DNA of 44,125 nt, taken from positions 1-44,125 of the IMG/VR virus record IMGVR_UViG_3300022177_000046. One strand, given 5' to 3'. This stretch comes from a virus. Lineage: Duplodnaviria; Caudoviricetes. Positions 26,503 through 34,558 of this stretch are shown here, one piece after another (the stretch's first letter is position 1; every line of letters starts with the position of its first letter). The position numbers and the translations under genes are program-made. The notes under the pieces are model-generated. The model did not search any database and was not told the DNA's origin. It worked only from the letters and a program-made list of their open reading frames with translations.

Positions 26503-27039
26503 TTATTTTCCTTTCCGGGCGGTAAGAAGCCGCTCCATTAAATCGTCTTGAGGAGTATAGTTTGAGCAATCAGTGAGGCTGTTCTCACGTACTATTGCAA
26601 AAATTTGAGCCCATAAGCTGTGAGTTTGTTTCGAGAAGGATTGCGCCATGCTTACGTAAGGAGAAGCAATCGGCGCACCTGTTGTTGGATGCTTTGCCAA
26701 GAGGCCATATTCTGATATTGCCTGTTCGCACTGAATCCAGCGAGCTGAACTCATGGCATATTGTTCTATCTGCTGTTTCGGGACCAGATGGCTACATTTG
26801 TGCTTGCAAAGCCATCCCCAGGTATCTGTATAGATTTCATTGGCTATCAATGGGTGTCCATTCTTTTGGGAAGCTGACAACCAATCAGCAGGTTTTGGCA
26901 TTTCCGACCCAGATTCTGAATCGCCTTCAGGGAGAGGGACTATTTGAAGCTTTTTAGAATTGCCGTCCATTATTTTGTCAGATAGTGCCTTTCTTGGCCT
27001 ACCGCCTGCGCCGGGTTGAGGTCCTCTTTTTCCCATCAT
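26503..27039 (-). CDS. terS: terminase small subunit, P27 family
   Basis: GKRGPQPGAGGRP, RWIQCE, HPTTGAPIASPYV, DDLMERLL; follows HNH. Confidence 0.85.
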   Translation of the reverse strand: MMGKRGPQPGAGGRPRKALSDKIMDGNSKKLQIVPLPEGDSESGSEMPKPADWLSASQKNGHPLIANEIYTDTWGWLCKHKCSHLVPKQQIEQYAMSSARWIQCEQAISEYGLLAKHPTTGAPIASPYVSMAQSFSKQTHSLWAQIFAIVRENSLTDCSNYTPQDDLMERLLTARKGK

Positions 27040-27148
27040 TTCACCTCCAATCTGAGCAGGGGGTTAATACCCCTAAAACTTTTGAAAAAATTTACGTGAA
27101 GCCCCACGCCCGTTCCCCGGGGAGAGGGTCACGGAGATTTGATGCCCC

Positions 27149-27508
27149 CTACCGGTCATGCCAGCGGTCGCCATCACGCGCTGTGATAGAGGAGTGGCAA
27201 TGTGTGCAAAGAGCCATGAGATTCGATTCTTCATGGGTACCTCCTCGAGCAAGTGGAAGGATGTGATGGACCTCTGTTGCTGGCGTCATCCGTCCTTTCT
27301 TGAGACACTCTTCGCACAGAGGATGGGCCTCGATGTAACGGTCGCGGATGCGTTTCCAGGCTCGCCCGTAGCGCTTTTTGCTTTGCGGATCTCGCTGATA
27401 CTTTTCATACCTGGCGGCTTCTTGCTTTGCATGCTTCTCACAAAACCGATTCTCCGTCAGCTCCGGGCAACCTGGATGAGAGCAGGGTCTCTTGGGTTTC
27501 CTCGGCAT
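27149..27508 (-). CDS. packaging-associated HNH endonuclease
   Basis: PLCEEC, EVHHILPL..GGTH..SNLMALCTHCHS. Confidence 0.92.
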   Translation of the reverse strand: MPRKPKRPCSHPGCPELTENRFCEKHAKQEAARYEKYQRDPQSKKRYGRAWKRIRDRYIEAHPLCEECLKKGRMTPATEVHHILPLARGGTHEESNLMALCTHCHSSITARDGDRWHDR

Positions 27509-27531
27509 AGAACACCTCCTTTAGAGAATAT

Positions 27532-27562
27532 AAAAAGCCCCCGCGGTTTTCCGCGAAGGCTC
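27532..27562 (-). terminator. terminator-like hairpin upstream of HNH
   Basis: AGCCTTCGCGG-AAAA-CCGCGGGGGCT followed by TTTT. Confidence 0.65.
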
Positions 27563-27633
27563 TTGATACAGCTTTCGATACTATTATTATACAATGCTCT
27601 TAAGCAAACACTCCCTCAGAATTCCCTCATCTT

Positions 27634-28227
27634 TTATGAGTGCTTCTTGCAGTAAGACTCAACCTTATCTGCGTAGACTCCAGAAATCCTTTCCCTCCAA
27701 TACGGAACAGACGCTAACAAGGACTTGAGTGCATTTTGATACTTGCTTTCGCCCAATTCAGTTTTGATTTTTCCCATTAAATACTCTAGGTCTTTGTATT
27801 TTAAAACGCGGGTATTTGAATCTCCATTAACCAGATTAGCTAGGACTGTCAAATAAATGAATGCACTGCCTCGGTTCATGCCTGTTTTAGAGGATACCTC
27901 GGTGCTGAGTGAGCTGATTCCACCAGATCCTTGAATATGTTTTAAGAATGCACGCCATACTTCATCAACCATCGCAGCAGTAATCCTGCTGTTGCTGCGG
28001 GTAGAAGCTTTTGAATCATCTTCAAAGGAGTCCTCTAAATCCTCAGTGATTTCTGATTCTGATTGCTTTGCTATAGGTCCAGTCATAGTCATTGGCAGTC
28101 CTTTCTCTAAGGCTATTCTTCGCAGATAAATACTCACAGCCATCTCAACATCCATCCCAAGGGAATGGAGAACACTTTCTGCTTCAGCCAAAATCCTATC
28201 GTCAATTTGGATTTCTATTTTTGCCAT
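27634..28227 (-). CDS. RelB/DinJ-like RHH domain fused to an unknown C-terminal domain (moron)
   Basis: IEIQIDDRILAEAESVLHSLGMDVEMAVSIYLRRIALEKGLP; ATG at 28227 after GGAGG. Confidence 0.7.
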   Translation of the reverse strand: MAKIEIQIDDRILAEAESVLHSLGMDVEMAVSIYLRRIALEKGLPMTMTGPIAKQSESEITEDLEDSFEDDSKASTRSNSRITAAMVDEVWRAFLKHIQGSGGISSLSTEVSSKTGMNRGSAFIYLTVLANLVNGDSNTRVLKYKDLEYLMGKIKTELGESKYQNALKSLLASVPYWRERISGVYADKVESYCKKHS

Positions 28228-28268
28228 ACTAAACACCTCCGCAAAATACTATTGCTTTTCTTAGAAAT

Positions 28269-28297
28269 ACTATATCAAGAATTTGTTTTCTTGTAAA
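28269..28297 (-). promoter_or_regulatory. sigma-A promoter of the RelB-like moron
   Basis: TTTACA-17 nt-TATAGT with extended TG; overlapped by AAATACTAT repeats. Confidence 0.65.
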
Positions 28298-28354
28298 TAC
28301 TATTTTATAGTATTTTTTATTTTCTATATCGAGAAAGTGATAGTATTTTTTTTG

Positions 28355-28804
28355 TTAGCAGTATAAAAGGCTCCGAAGATGATTCAGGGCATTCGATCGG
28401 AGACGTTCAATATGGCTCTCACTGTAACTGAATTCGTCCATCAGGCGATAGGTAGCACCTGACTTCTGATTACCTGTCATATAGAACTCAGAAAGTATAC
28501 GCTGCTCGGTATCTGTCAAGCTGGACCACGCAGGCTCGAACCAAGCCATATATTCAATAGCTTGATTGTAGCGCTCCCGCAGAATGTCCAATTTGTCGAT
28601 TTGATCTACAAGCTTATTAGTACCGGATTGAGGATTCCTTGCTGATGGCATCCCGGAGAGCTTTTGCCCTCTAGGCGAAGTCATCTGGGCGTATACGTCC
28701 TTTATTTCTTGCGGGGTGTTGTTGATGATAAACCGCATGTTTTCATAGTCCCGGATAGCAGCTACGGTAGCAGCATTTTTGTTGATGTATTTGAGTGCAA
28801 TCAT
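28355..28804 (-). CDS. ArpU/RinA-like late transcriptional regulator
   Basis: C-terminal sigma-4-like HTH (LTDTEQRILSEFY...YSESHIERLRSNAL); position before the packaging module. Confidence 0.65.
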   Translation of the reverse strand: MIALKYINKNAATVAAIRDYENMRFIINNTPQEIKDVYAQMTSPRGQKLSGMPSARNPQSGTNKLVDQIDKLDILRERYNQAIEYMAWFEPAWSSLTDTEQRILSEFYMTGNQKSGATYRLMDEFSYSESHIERLRSNALNHLRSLLYC

Positions 28805-28816
28805 GTGACCATCTCC

Positions 28817-30163
28817 TTATTTTAGGTTAGCCCTGACCGCATTAATTAGCGCGGACTGGGTATTGTCCTTTTTCTTTAGGGTTTTCATAACCTGTTCATC
28901 TATGGTGCCTTGTGCAACGAGATGATGTATAACTACCGTATCTGAAGCTTGACCTTGTCGCCATAGGCGGGCATTGGTTTGTTGATATAGCTCAAGGCTC
29001 CACGTTAATCCAAACCAGATGAGGGTCGAGCCTCCGCTTTGAAGGTTAAGTCCATGACCTGCCGAAGCCGGGTGGATAATAGCTAAAGGAATTTCTCCCT
29101 TGTTCCATGCCTTGATTGACGCTGTAGTATCCAGCTTTGTTACTGGGAAACGCTTCTGTATACGTTCAAGATCGTGCTTGTACCAGTAGGCAATAAGGAC
29201 GGGTTTGCCGTTGGCAGCTTCGATCAGGTCTTCTAGGGCATCAAGCTTTCGCTCATGGATATGGACTACAGATCCGTCTTCAGCATAAACTGCGCCATTG
29301 GCCATTTGAAGGAGTTTGTTTGAGAGGCTAGCAGCGCTTCCGGCATCAATTTCTTGACCTTCAAGGGAAATGACCAGCTCCCGCTTCATAGTCTCATAGA
29401 TTTTTTTCTCCTTATCCGAAAGTTGTACTTGAACCTCGTTGATGATGCATTCCGGCATTTTGAGGAAGTCTGTGCTCTTCATGCTGATGGTAATGTCGGA
29501 GATAAGTCGATAGATTTCTTCCTCAGCGCCGGGTAGAGGCTTATAGCTAAACACAATTTGCTGGTTACGTTTATCCGGGGTGAAGAAACTACTTCTGTAG
29601 TGGGAGATGAAGCGTCCAAGGCGCTCTCCCATATCCAGGATTCCGATTTCAGCCCATAAATCCATTAGCCCATTGCCGGATGGAGTTCCTGTCAGTCCAA
29701 CGATTCGCTTTACCTTTGGCCGAACCTTTCGTAGAGACTTGAAGCGCTTGGAGCCATAGGCCTTAAAGGATGAAAGCTCATCTATTACAATCATGTCGTA
29801 ATCAAAAGGAAGCTGACTCTTGTTTACAAGCCAGTCCACATTTTCCCGATTGATAAGGTATATGTCGGCAGTCTTCATAAGGGCACTTTTACGCTCCGCT
29901 TCAGTACCGACTGCTATTGAGTAATTCAAGCCCTTAAGGTGATCCCACTTTTCGATTTCTGTAGGCCATGTATCACGTGCTACTCGAAGAGGGGCAATGA
30001 CCAGGACCTTGCGGATAAGGAAGCTGTCCAGGCAGAGGTCGAAGATGGCAGTAAGGGTAATCACACTCTTGCCAAGTCCCATATCAAGGAAAACAGCTGA
30101 GATGGGATGCTCCAATATAAAATTTGTCGCATAAGTTTGATACTCATGAGGCTTGTATTTCAT
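28817..30163 (-). CDS. SNF2-family helicase
   Basis: LDMGLGKS, VIDELS, LTGTP, HPASAGHGLNLQ, QTNARLWRQGQ. Confidence 0.92.
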   Translation of the reverse strand: MKYKPHEYQTYATNFILEHPISAVFLDMGLGKSVITLTAIFDLCLDSFLIRKVLVIAPLRVARDTWPTEIEKWDHLKGLNYSIAVGTEAERKSALMKTADIYLINRENVDWLVNKSQLPFDYDMIVIDELSSFKAYGSKRFKSLRKVRPKVKRIVGLTGTPSGNGLMDLWAEIGILDMGERLGRFISHYRSSFFTPDKRNQQIVFSYKPLPGAEEEIYRLISDITISMKSTDFLKMPECIINEVQVQLSDKEKKIYETMKRELVISLEGQEIDAGSAASLSNKLLQMANGAVYAEDGSVVHIHERKLDALEDLIEAANGKPVLIAYWYKHDLERIQKRFPVTKLDTTASIKAWNKGEIPLAIIHPASAGHGLNLQSGGSTLIWFGLTWSLELYQQTNARLWRQGQASDTVVIHHLVAQGTIDEQVMKTLKKKDNTQSALINAVRANLK

Positions 30164-30425
30164 CGAGTATCCCTCCAATCTGCAAGGTGCTGTCAATGCA
30201 GAACACTAAAAAACCCAGGGCCTCCAGTTGTCTTTTTCGTTTTTCCTGCAGCGGGCGCAGGCGCTTGCCTGGGGCTTTAAGTTCAATAAAGGCCAGCTTA
30301 CCACCTGGTAGAAGCACTAGTCGGTCTGGTATTCCATCAAAACCTGGGACGTTCAGCTTCAAGGCAAGGCCTCCCATTGTTTTTACAGCCTTGGTTAGCT
30401 TTTGTTCAATCGCTTTTTCTCTCAT
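30144..30425 (-). CDS. VRR-NUC domain nuclease
   Basis: GIPDRLVL...FIELKAPG. Confidence 0.9.
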   Translation of the reverse strand: MREKAIEQKLTKAVKTMGGLALKLNVPGFDGIPDRLVLLPGGKLAFIELKAPGKRLRPLQEKRKRQLEALGFLVFCIDSTLQIGGILDEIQAS

Positions 30426-30559
30426 AGAGTTAAGTTCCTTTCTATCGGATCAATAAGATCAAAGGCAGCATACACAGCTGCCAAGACTTTCAATTGCTTG
30501 TGGCACGGGGCAATATGTGATGTGGTTACAGGATTATTTTTCATTTCAATTTCCTCCGT

Positions 30560-30830
30560 ATTCTATTGTTCCGAAAACCCCAAAATCCCTTACGCGCGCA
30601 AATGCGTGCATTGTGTGTCCTATGCTTATATATTTATTCATATTCTATTTTTATAATTTTATTAGGAACATAGGAATGAAACCGAATTTCGGGCCTGCCG
30701 GCAGTCCCTTTGGGCTGTTCCTGAAAATGTTCCTGACCTTTATACGGGAACAACCTGATTTTCAGGAACAGCTGATGGGAACAAATTGTTCCTAAAAATT
30801 TTTTAGGAACGGTCTTTGGGAACAAATACA
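30560..30830. repeat. GGAACA/TGTTCC palindrome cluster with AT-rich tract (putative replication origin)
   Basis: About ten GGAAC/GTTCC units; 14-bp IR at 30715-30728/30758-30771; palindrome GTTCCTAAAAA-T-TTTTTAGGAAC. Confidence 0.6.
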
Positions 30831-33166
30831 TACTGCGGACCATAAAGTGTCGTTCGGACTTTCTCGGGCAGGCGCTCCCAGCCAAGTTTAATCAAAATGG
30901 CGGCCAGCTCATTAGAATCTGTGCGCTTGAGGTTGGCTCGCTCTTTTCCGAAGCATTCACACCATATTTCCATATTGCAAATGCTTAGCCGTGGAATTGT
31001 GCCAATGCGTCCAATGCTGCCAAGCTCAGTACCGCTTAAGAAGCTCCTGCGTTCAAACAGGTCCATAGTATCCCATTCCTCCGGCAAAAGGGTGTCGAGG
31101 AAATCGCGTACTAGGCCTTCGCGTTCATCTGATTCTAATGCCTCGCGCTGTTCCATTTTCGCAAGCTGCTCCATCGAAGCATCGAGATATAGCTTTTCAC
31201 CGGCGTTAAAGTATGCTAGCGCCTCTGCCCAAATCTGCTGAATATCCTCGCTTGGAAGCTCCCATGAACGCTTGCTGCCACCGCCTGGAGTTTTCACTGG
31301 CCAAAAGCGGCGGTTGCCAGTCGTGTCGCGTAGGTATCCGGACTCGGCATTTGTGGTGCCAAAAAAGATACATTGACGTAAATGCGGTGTTGCGCGTTTG
31401 CCAAAGGCCGCGCGATAAATATCGTTCTGTCGTGAGAGGAAAGAGCGAAGCGTTTCGACCTCGGCTTTTCGAAGTCCGGCAAGCTCGCCAATCTCAAGAA
31501 TCCAGTACCCTTGTAGTTTTTCTGCCGCTGTCTTGTCTTTCGTATCACCAAGATTGAGGCTATCAGAGAACCACTCACCAGCCAGTTTGGAAATTAGGGT
31601 ACTCTTGCCAACACCCTGTGGGCCATTTAACACCAGCATGGAGTCGAACTTGCATCCTGGGTTTAACACGCGGCTTATGGCGGCGCAGAGTGTTTTTCTC
31701 GTAACCGCCCTAACATATGCGTTATCCTCGGCGCCAAGATAATCGATAAGGAGTGTGTCTAATCTTGGCACCTTATCCCACTCAGGCAATGCTGAAAGGA
31801 ATTCACGTATGGGATGGTAGGAACGATCATCAGTGACTTTAGCCACAGCAATCTGATAGTTGCGTTGAGAGAAGGTCCCGTAGTGGGAGTCCACATAGCT
31901 AATCAGCTGGGCATCGTCGGCATCCCGCCAGTATTTAGAAGGATGCTTCCACGGCACATCTCCTTTAATCTCCATACCGTCTAGCTGTTGGTTAAATACG
32001 AGAGCTTTCAGATTGGGGTCGTTTTGGAGAATGAGCGTGATGTTATGCAGGTTATTTTTAAGCACAGTGGAGCGGGCTTCATACTCCAGGTTTTTCTGCC
32101 AATTTGAATCCGCAATATCTTCAGAAAACTCATTTGCTACCTGTGCCTGACGCTCTTGTACTAGCAGAAGCTTTACTTTGTCATCCTTGGAGGCGTGCTC
32201 TGTCATAGCTTTGTAAGAGGGTAGCTTAGTAATTGGTATTTCATCCGGGAGCTTATCGTCAAGGCTTTGGAATTTGTGTAAGCGGACTAGGTCAAAGGCA
32301 TTTAGCAGCTTTCCGCAAGCAGGGTCCGTGGCATGGTGACTGTAGGCAAATTTGCCATCGTAAAGTACAACGCCGGCACTGCTGTCTGCTGGGATGTAGT
32401 CATATCTTCCGTTTATGGAGGAGGGTTCATATATGTCGCCAAGAAAGGCTTCTATTGCAGCCTCAACACTATAGGCACGGTTGAAGGCACCTATGATCCC
32501 GGGTTTTGAAAGAGGGTCAGAGGCTTCAGCTGCAGCGCGACGGACTACCTCAGATTGCCGGCTCGAACGAGGCCAAGTAGACTCATCTTGCCAGTTGTCG
32601 TATTGGGACAAATAAATATCTGGATCAAGGGGAGCACCGTCGTGCTTATTGAAGAAGAATTCTCCATTTGAAGATGTGGACGGCCAATACATCAGGCGGT
32701 GTGGTTCATATGTTGTATCGTCGAACAGGTCAATGCCAATTTCCTTTGCCACCATGCGTGTCACGGCTGGATATTCAGCTTCACTAACTTCTCGGTTAAG
32801 TGGGATGACCAATCGAATACGGGGATGCTCGGGGGTATGCTTATGGGTGGAGTATGCGCAGCATTGGAAGTCATGGAGCATGATAAGCTCGTCCCAAAAT
32901 CCAGGAGTACCATAGTCCATATCGAGCAGAATCATAGAGCGACAAAGAACAAAGCCTTTCTTTCGCCTGCCTTCACGAAGATGTCCGGCCACATATCCGC
33001 CGACGTCCTTGATGGCATCCTGCTGGCCTTTTTTCAGCCTGCGGTATTCCTCCATGGTTTCAGTAGTTCGAATGGTAGTGCTGACGCGGTTGCAGAAATC
33101 CTCCCAAGACATGTCGTTGTTCTTCCACTTCTTATCGAGTCGGCTATTACCGATTGCTATTTTCAT
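30803..33166 (-). CDS. virulence-associated E (VirE/VapE) primase-helicase
   Basis: N-terminal primase-like LLDMD and YSTHKH..PRIRLVIPL; C-terminal GPQGVGKST P-loop, GTTN, TGNRRFWP. Confidence 0.9.
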   Translation of the reverse strand: MKIAIGNSRLDKKWKNNDMSWEDFCNRVSTTIRTTETMEEYRRLKKGQQDAIKDVGGYVAGHLREGRRKKGFVLCRSMILLDMDYGTPGFWDELIMLHDFQCCAYSTHKHTPEHPRIRLVIPLNREVSEAEYPAVTRMVAKEIGIDLFDDTTYEPHRLMYWPSTSSNGEFFFNKHDGAPLDPDIYLSQYDNWQDESTWPRSSRQSEVVRRAAAEASDPLSKPGIIGAFNRAYSVEAAIEAFLGDIYEPSSINGRYDYIPADSSAGVVLYDGKFAYSHHATDPACGKLLNAFDLVRLHKFQSLDDKLPDEIPITKLPSYKAMTEHASKDDKVKLLLVQERQAQVANEFSEDIADSNWQKNLEYEARSTVLKNNLHNITLILQNDPNLKALVFNQQLDGMEIKGDVPWKHPSKYWRDADDAQLISYVDSHYGTFSQRNYQIAVAKVTDDRSYHPIREFLSALPEWDKVPRLDTLLIDYLGAEDNAYVRAVTRKTLCAAISRVLNPGCKFDSMLVLNGPQGVGKSTLISKLAGEWFSDSLNLGDTKDKTAAEKLQGYWILEIGELAGLRKAEVETLRSFLSRQNDIYRAAFGKRATPHLRQCIFFGTTNAESGYLRDTTGNRRFWPVKTPGGGSKRSWELPSEDIQQIWAEALAYFNAGEKLYLDASMEQLAKMEQREALESDEREGLVRDFLDTLLPEEWDTMDLFERRSFLSGTELGSIGRIGTIPRLSICNMEIWCECFGKERANLKRTDSNELAAILIKLGWERLPEKVRTTLYGPQYVFVPKDRS

Positions 33167-33591
33167 CGCTTCTGAACCTCCTTGCAGTCTGTGTTGAAGT
33201 ATCGAATAGGGTAATTTTTCCGCTTGGCTCTTTCAATTTCAGATTCCATACCAGAGGAGATGTAACCTCCAAACACCCAGACCTCAGAGCACTTTGACAT
33301 AAGTACATTGCCAAAAAATAAGCCGAGTTCCCGCTCCGAAGGGATGTCATCATCCAAAAACTGTGTAAACAGCAAGTGAGGGGTGAGCGGGATATAGCCC
33401 CGATCAACCGCAAACCTGCTGTATTGTCTAACCGCTTTGATATTTGTATCAATATCCCCAGAGTAGGGGGAACAGATATATACCAAAGGGCGGTAGGTAT
33501 TTATAGCTTTTTCTGATTTTTCTACAGCGGTTAAAGCTTCATAGGCAGTGGGGTCGTAGTATCCTTCTGAGTTGAATTTACTAATGCTCAT
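33163..33591 (-). CDS. DUF4406-like / nucleoside deoxyribosyltransferase-fold protein
   Basis: VYICSPYSGD, PHLLF, CSEVWVFG..ISSGMESEI. Confidence 0.7.
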   Translation of the reverse strand: MSISKFNSEGYYDPTAYEALTAVEKSEKAINTYRPLVYICSPYSGDIDTNIKAVRQYSRFAVDRGYIPLTPHLLFTQFLDDDIPSERELGLFFGNVLMSKCSEVWVFGGYISSGMESEIERAKRKNYPIRYFNTDCKEVQKR

Positions 33592-33606
33592 ATGGTGCAC
33601 CTCACT

Positions 33607-34275
33607 TTATGCTATTTTCTTTTGAAGCTTCATCTTGTACCATTCCAGGTGACGTTTGCGCTGTTCATAATTAGGCACTGCCAGTAGTAAACCGATATCG
33701 ACCTTTTGGAGTGCTTCTATCATTTTGATTTGTTCATCTGTAAGGTAAGGACGTATACTAGTCCCTTTTTCAAGGCCGTGGGCATGCCTGAACTGCTTTG
33801 CCGACATCCCGGTAACAATCCGGTTGATCATGTCGCATTCATTGCTGAAATGATATGGCTTTGGATTGTCATGTAGTAGCCTGATGTTTTCGGTGAGAAG
33901 AGGGAAGTCTTTACGTGCTGTGATCAAGGTTTTAATGAACTGCTCCATCTCATTGAAGCGTTGGATGTAGAGCTCCTTGAACCGCATGGCTTTTTGTCCG
34001 GTGTAGCCCATGACCAGCAAGGTGAAACCGTCCCTTGTCATGGCATAGGCGGATTGTTTTCTATTACATACGTCTTTGTAGGAGGTCGGCTGAAAATTAA
34101 GCTGACCGAAATCCTCACTTAATCCTGAATTTGGAGACAATATTTTTCTTATATCTGCCAAGACATTCTTGTGTTCCTTCTCAAAGAACTGGGCCACAAA
34201 TAAACTGTCGACTCTAGCTGTGTCATTGGTATCCGCGAAAATGCCGTACTTGTCTTTAGGTATGAGCTCCTTCAT
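33607..34275 (-). CDS. Rha-family phage regulatory protein
   Basis: DSLFVAQFFEKEHKNVLADIR, MTRDGFTLLVMGYTGQKAMRFK. Confidence 0.9.
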   Translation of the reverse strand: MKELIPKDKYGIFADTNDTARVDSLFVAQFFEKEHKNVLADIRKILSPNSGLSEDFGQLNFQPTSYKDVCNRKQSAYAMTRDGFTLLVMGYTGQKAMRFKELYIQRFNEMEQFIKTLITARKDFPLLTENIRLLHDNPKPYHFSNECDMINRIVTGMSAKQFRHAHGLEKGTSIRPYLTDEQIKMIEALQKVDIGLLLAVPNYEQRKRHLEWYKMKLQKKIA

Positions 34276-34478
34276 CTGATTCCCTCCATTCTTTTTCTGC
34301 TGCAGTCTGGACAATAAACTGATGTGCCATAGAGGTCGCTATCGCCGTCACTAAACAGCTCTGCTAGGTCAATTTCGACCTCGCACCCGCATCCAGGGCA
34401 GGTGCAGAACACATTATCGTCATGGATTTCCACCATGAGCTCAGCAGTATCGCTGAGTCTTTCTTTTACATAGAACAT
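34272..34478 (-). CDS. small Zn-binding hypothetical protein
   Basis: CTCPGCG...CPDC; GGAGG RBS. Confidence 0.7.
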   Translation of the reverse strand: MFYVKERLSDTAELMVEIHDDNVFCTCPGCGCEVEIDLAELFSDGDSDLYGTSVYCPDCSRKRMEGIR

Positions 34479-34525
34479 ATTCAATACCTCCAATCTTGAA
34501 GGCGTTATTGCCTTCTAACTTCCAA

Positions 34526-34551
34526 AGGACAGAAGCTATTGTTATGAGTAC
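34526..34551 (-). promoter_or_regulatory. GTACTCA-N9-CTTCTGTCCT motif, copy B
   Basis: Intergenic, between the polymerase and the Rha/primase genes. Confidence 0.65.
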
Positions 34552-34558
34552 TCTATAA

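Noticed and set aside
30402-30885. Three short ORFs in the primase-VRR gap
   Set aside because: They overlap the palindromic ori-like region and have atypical composition.
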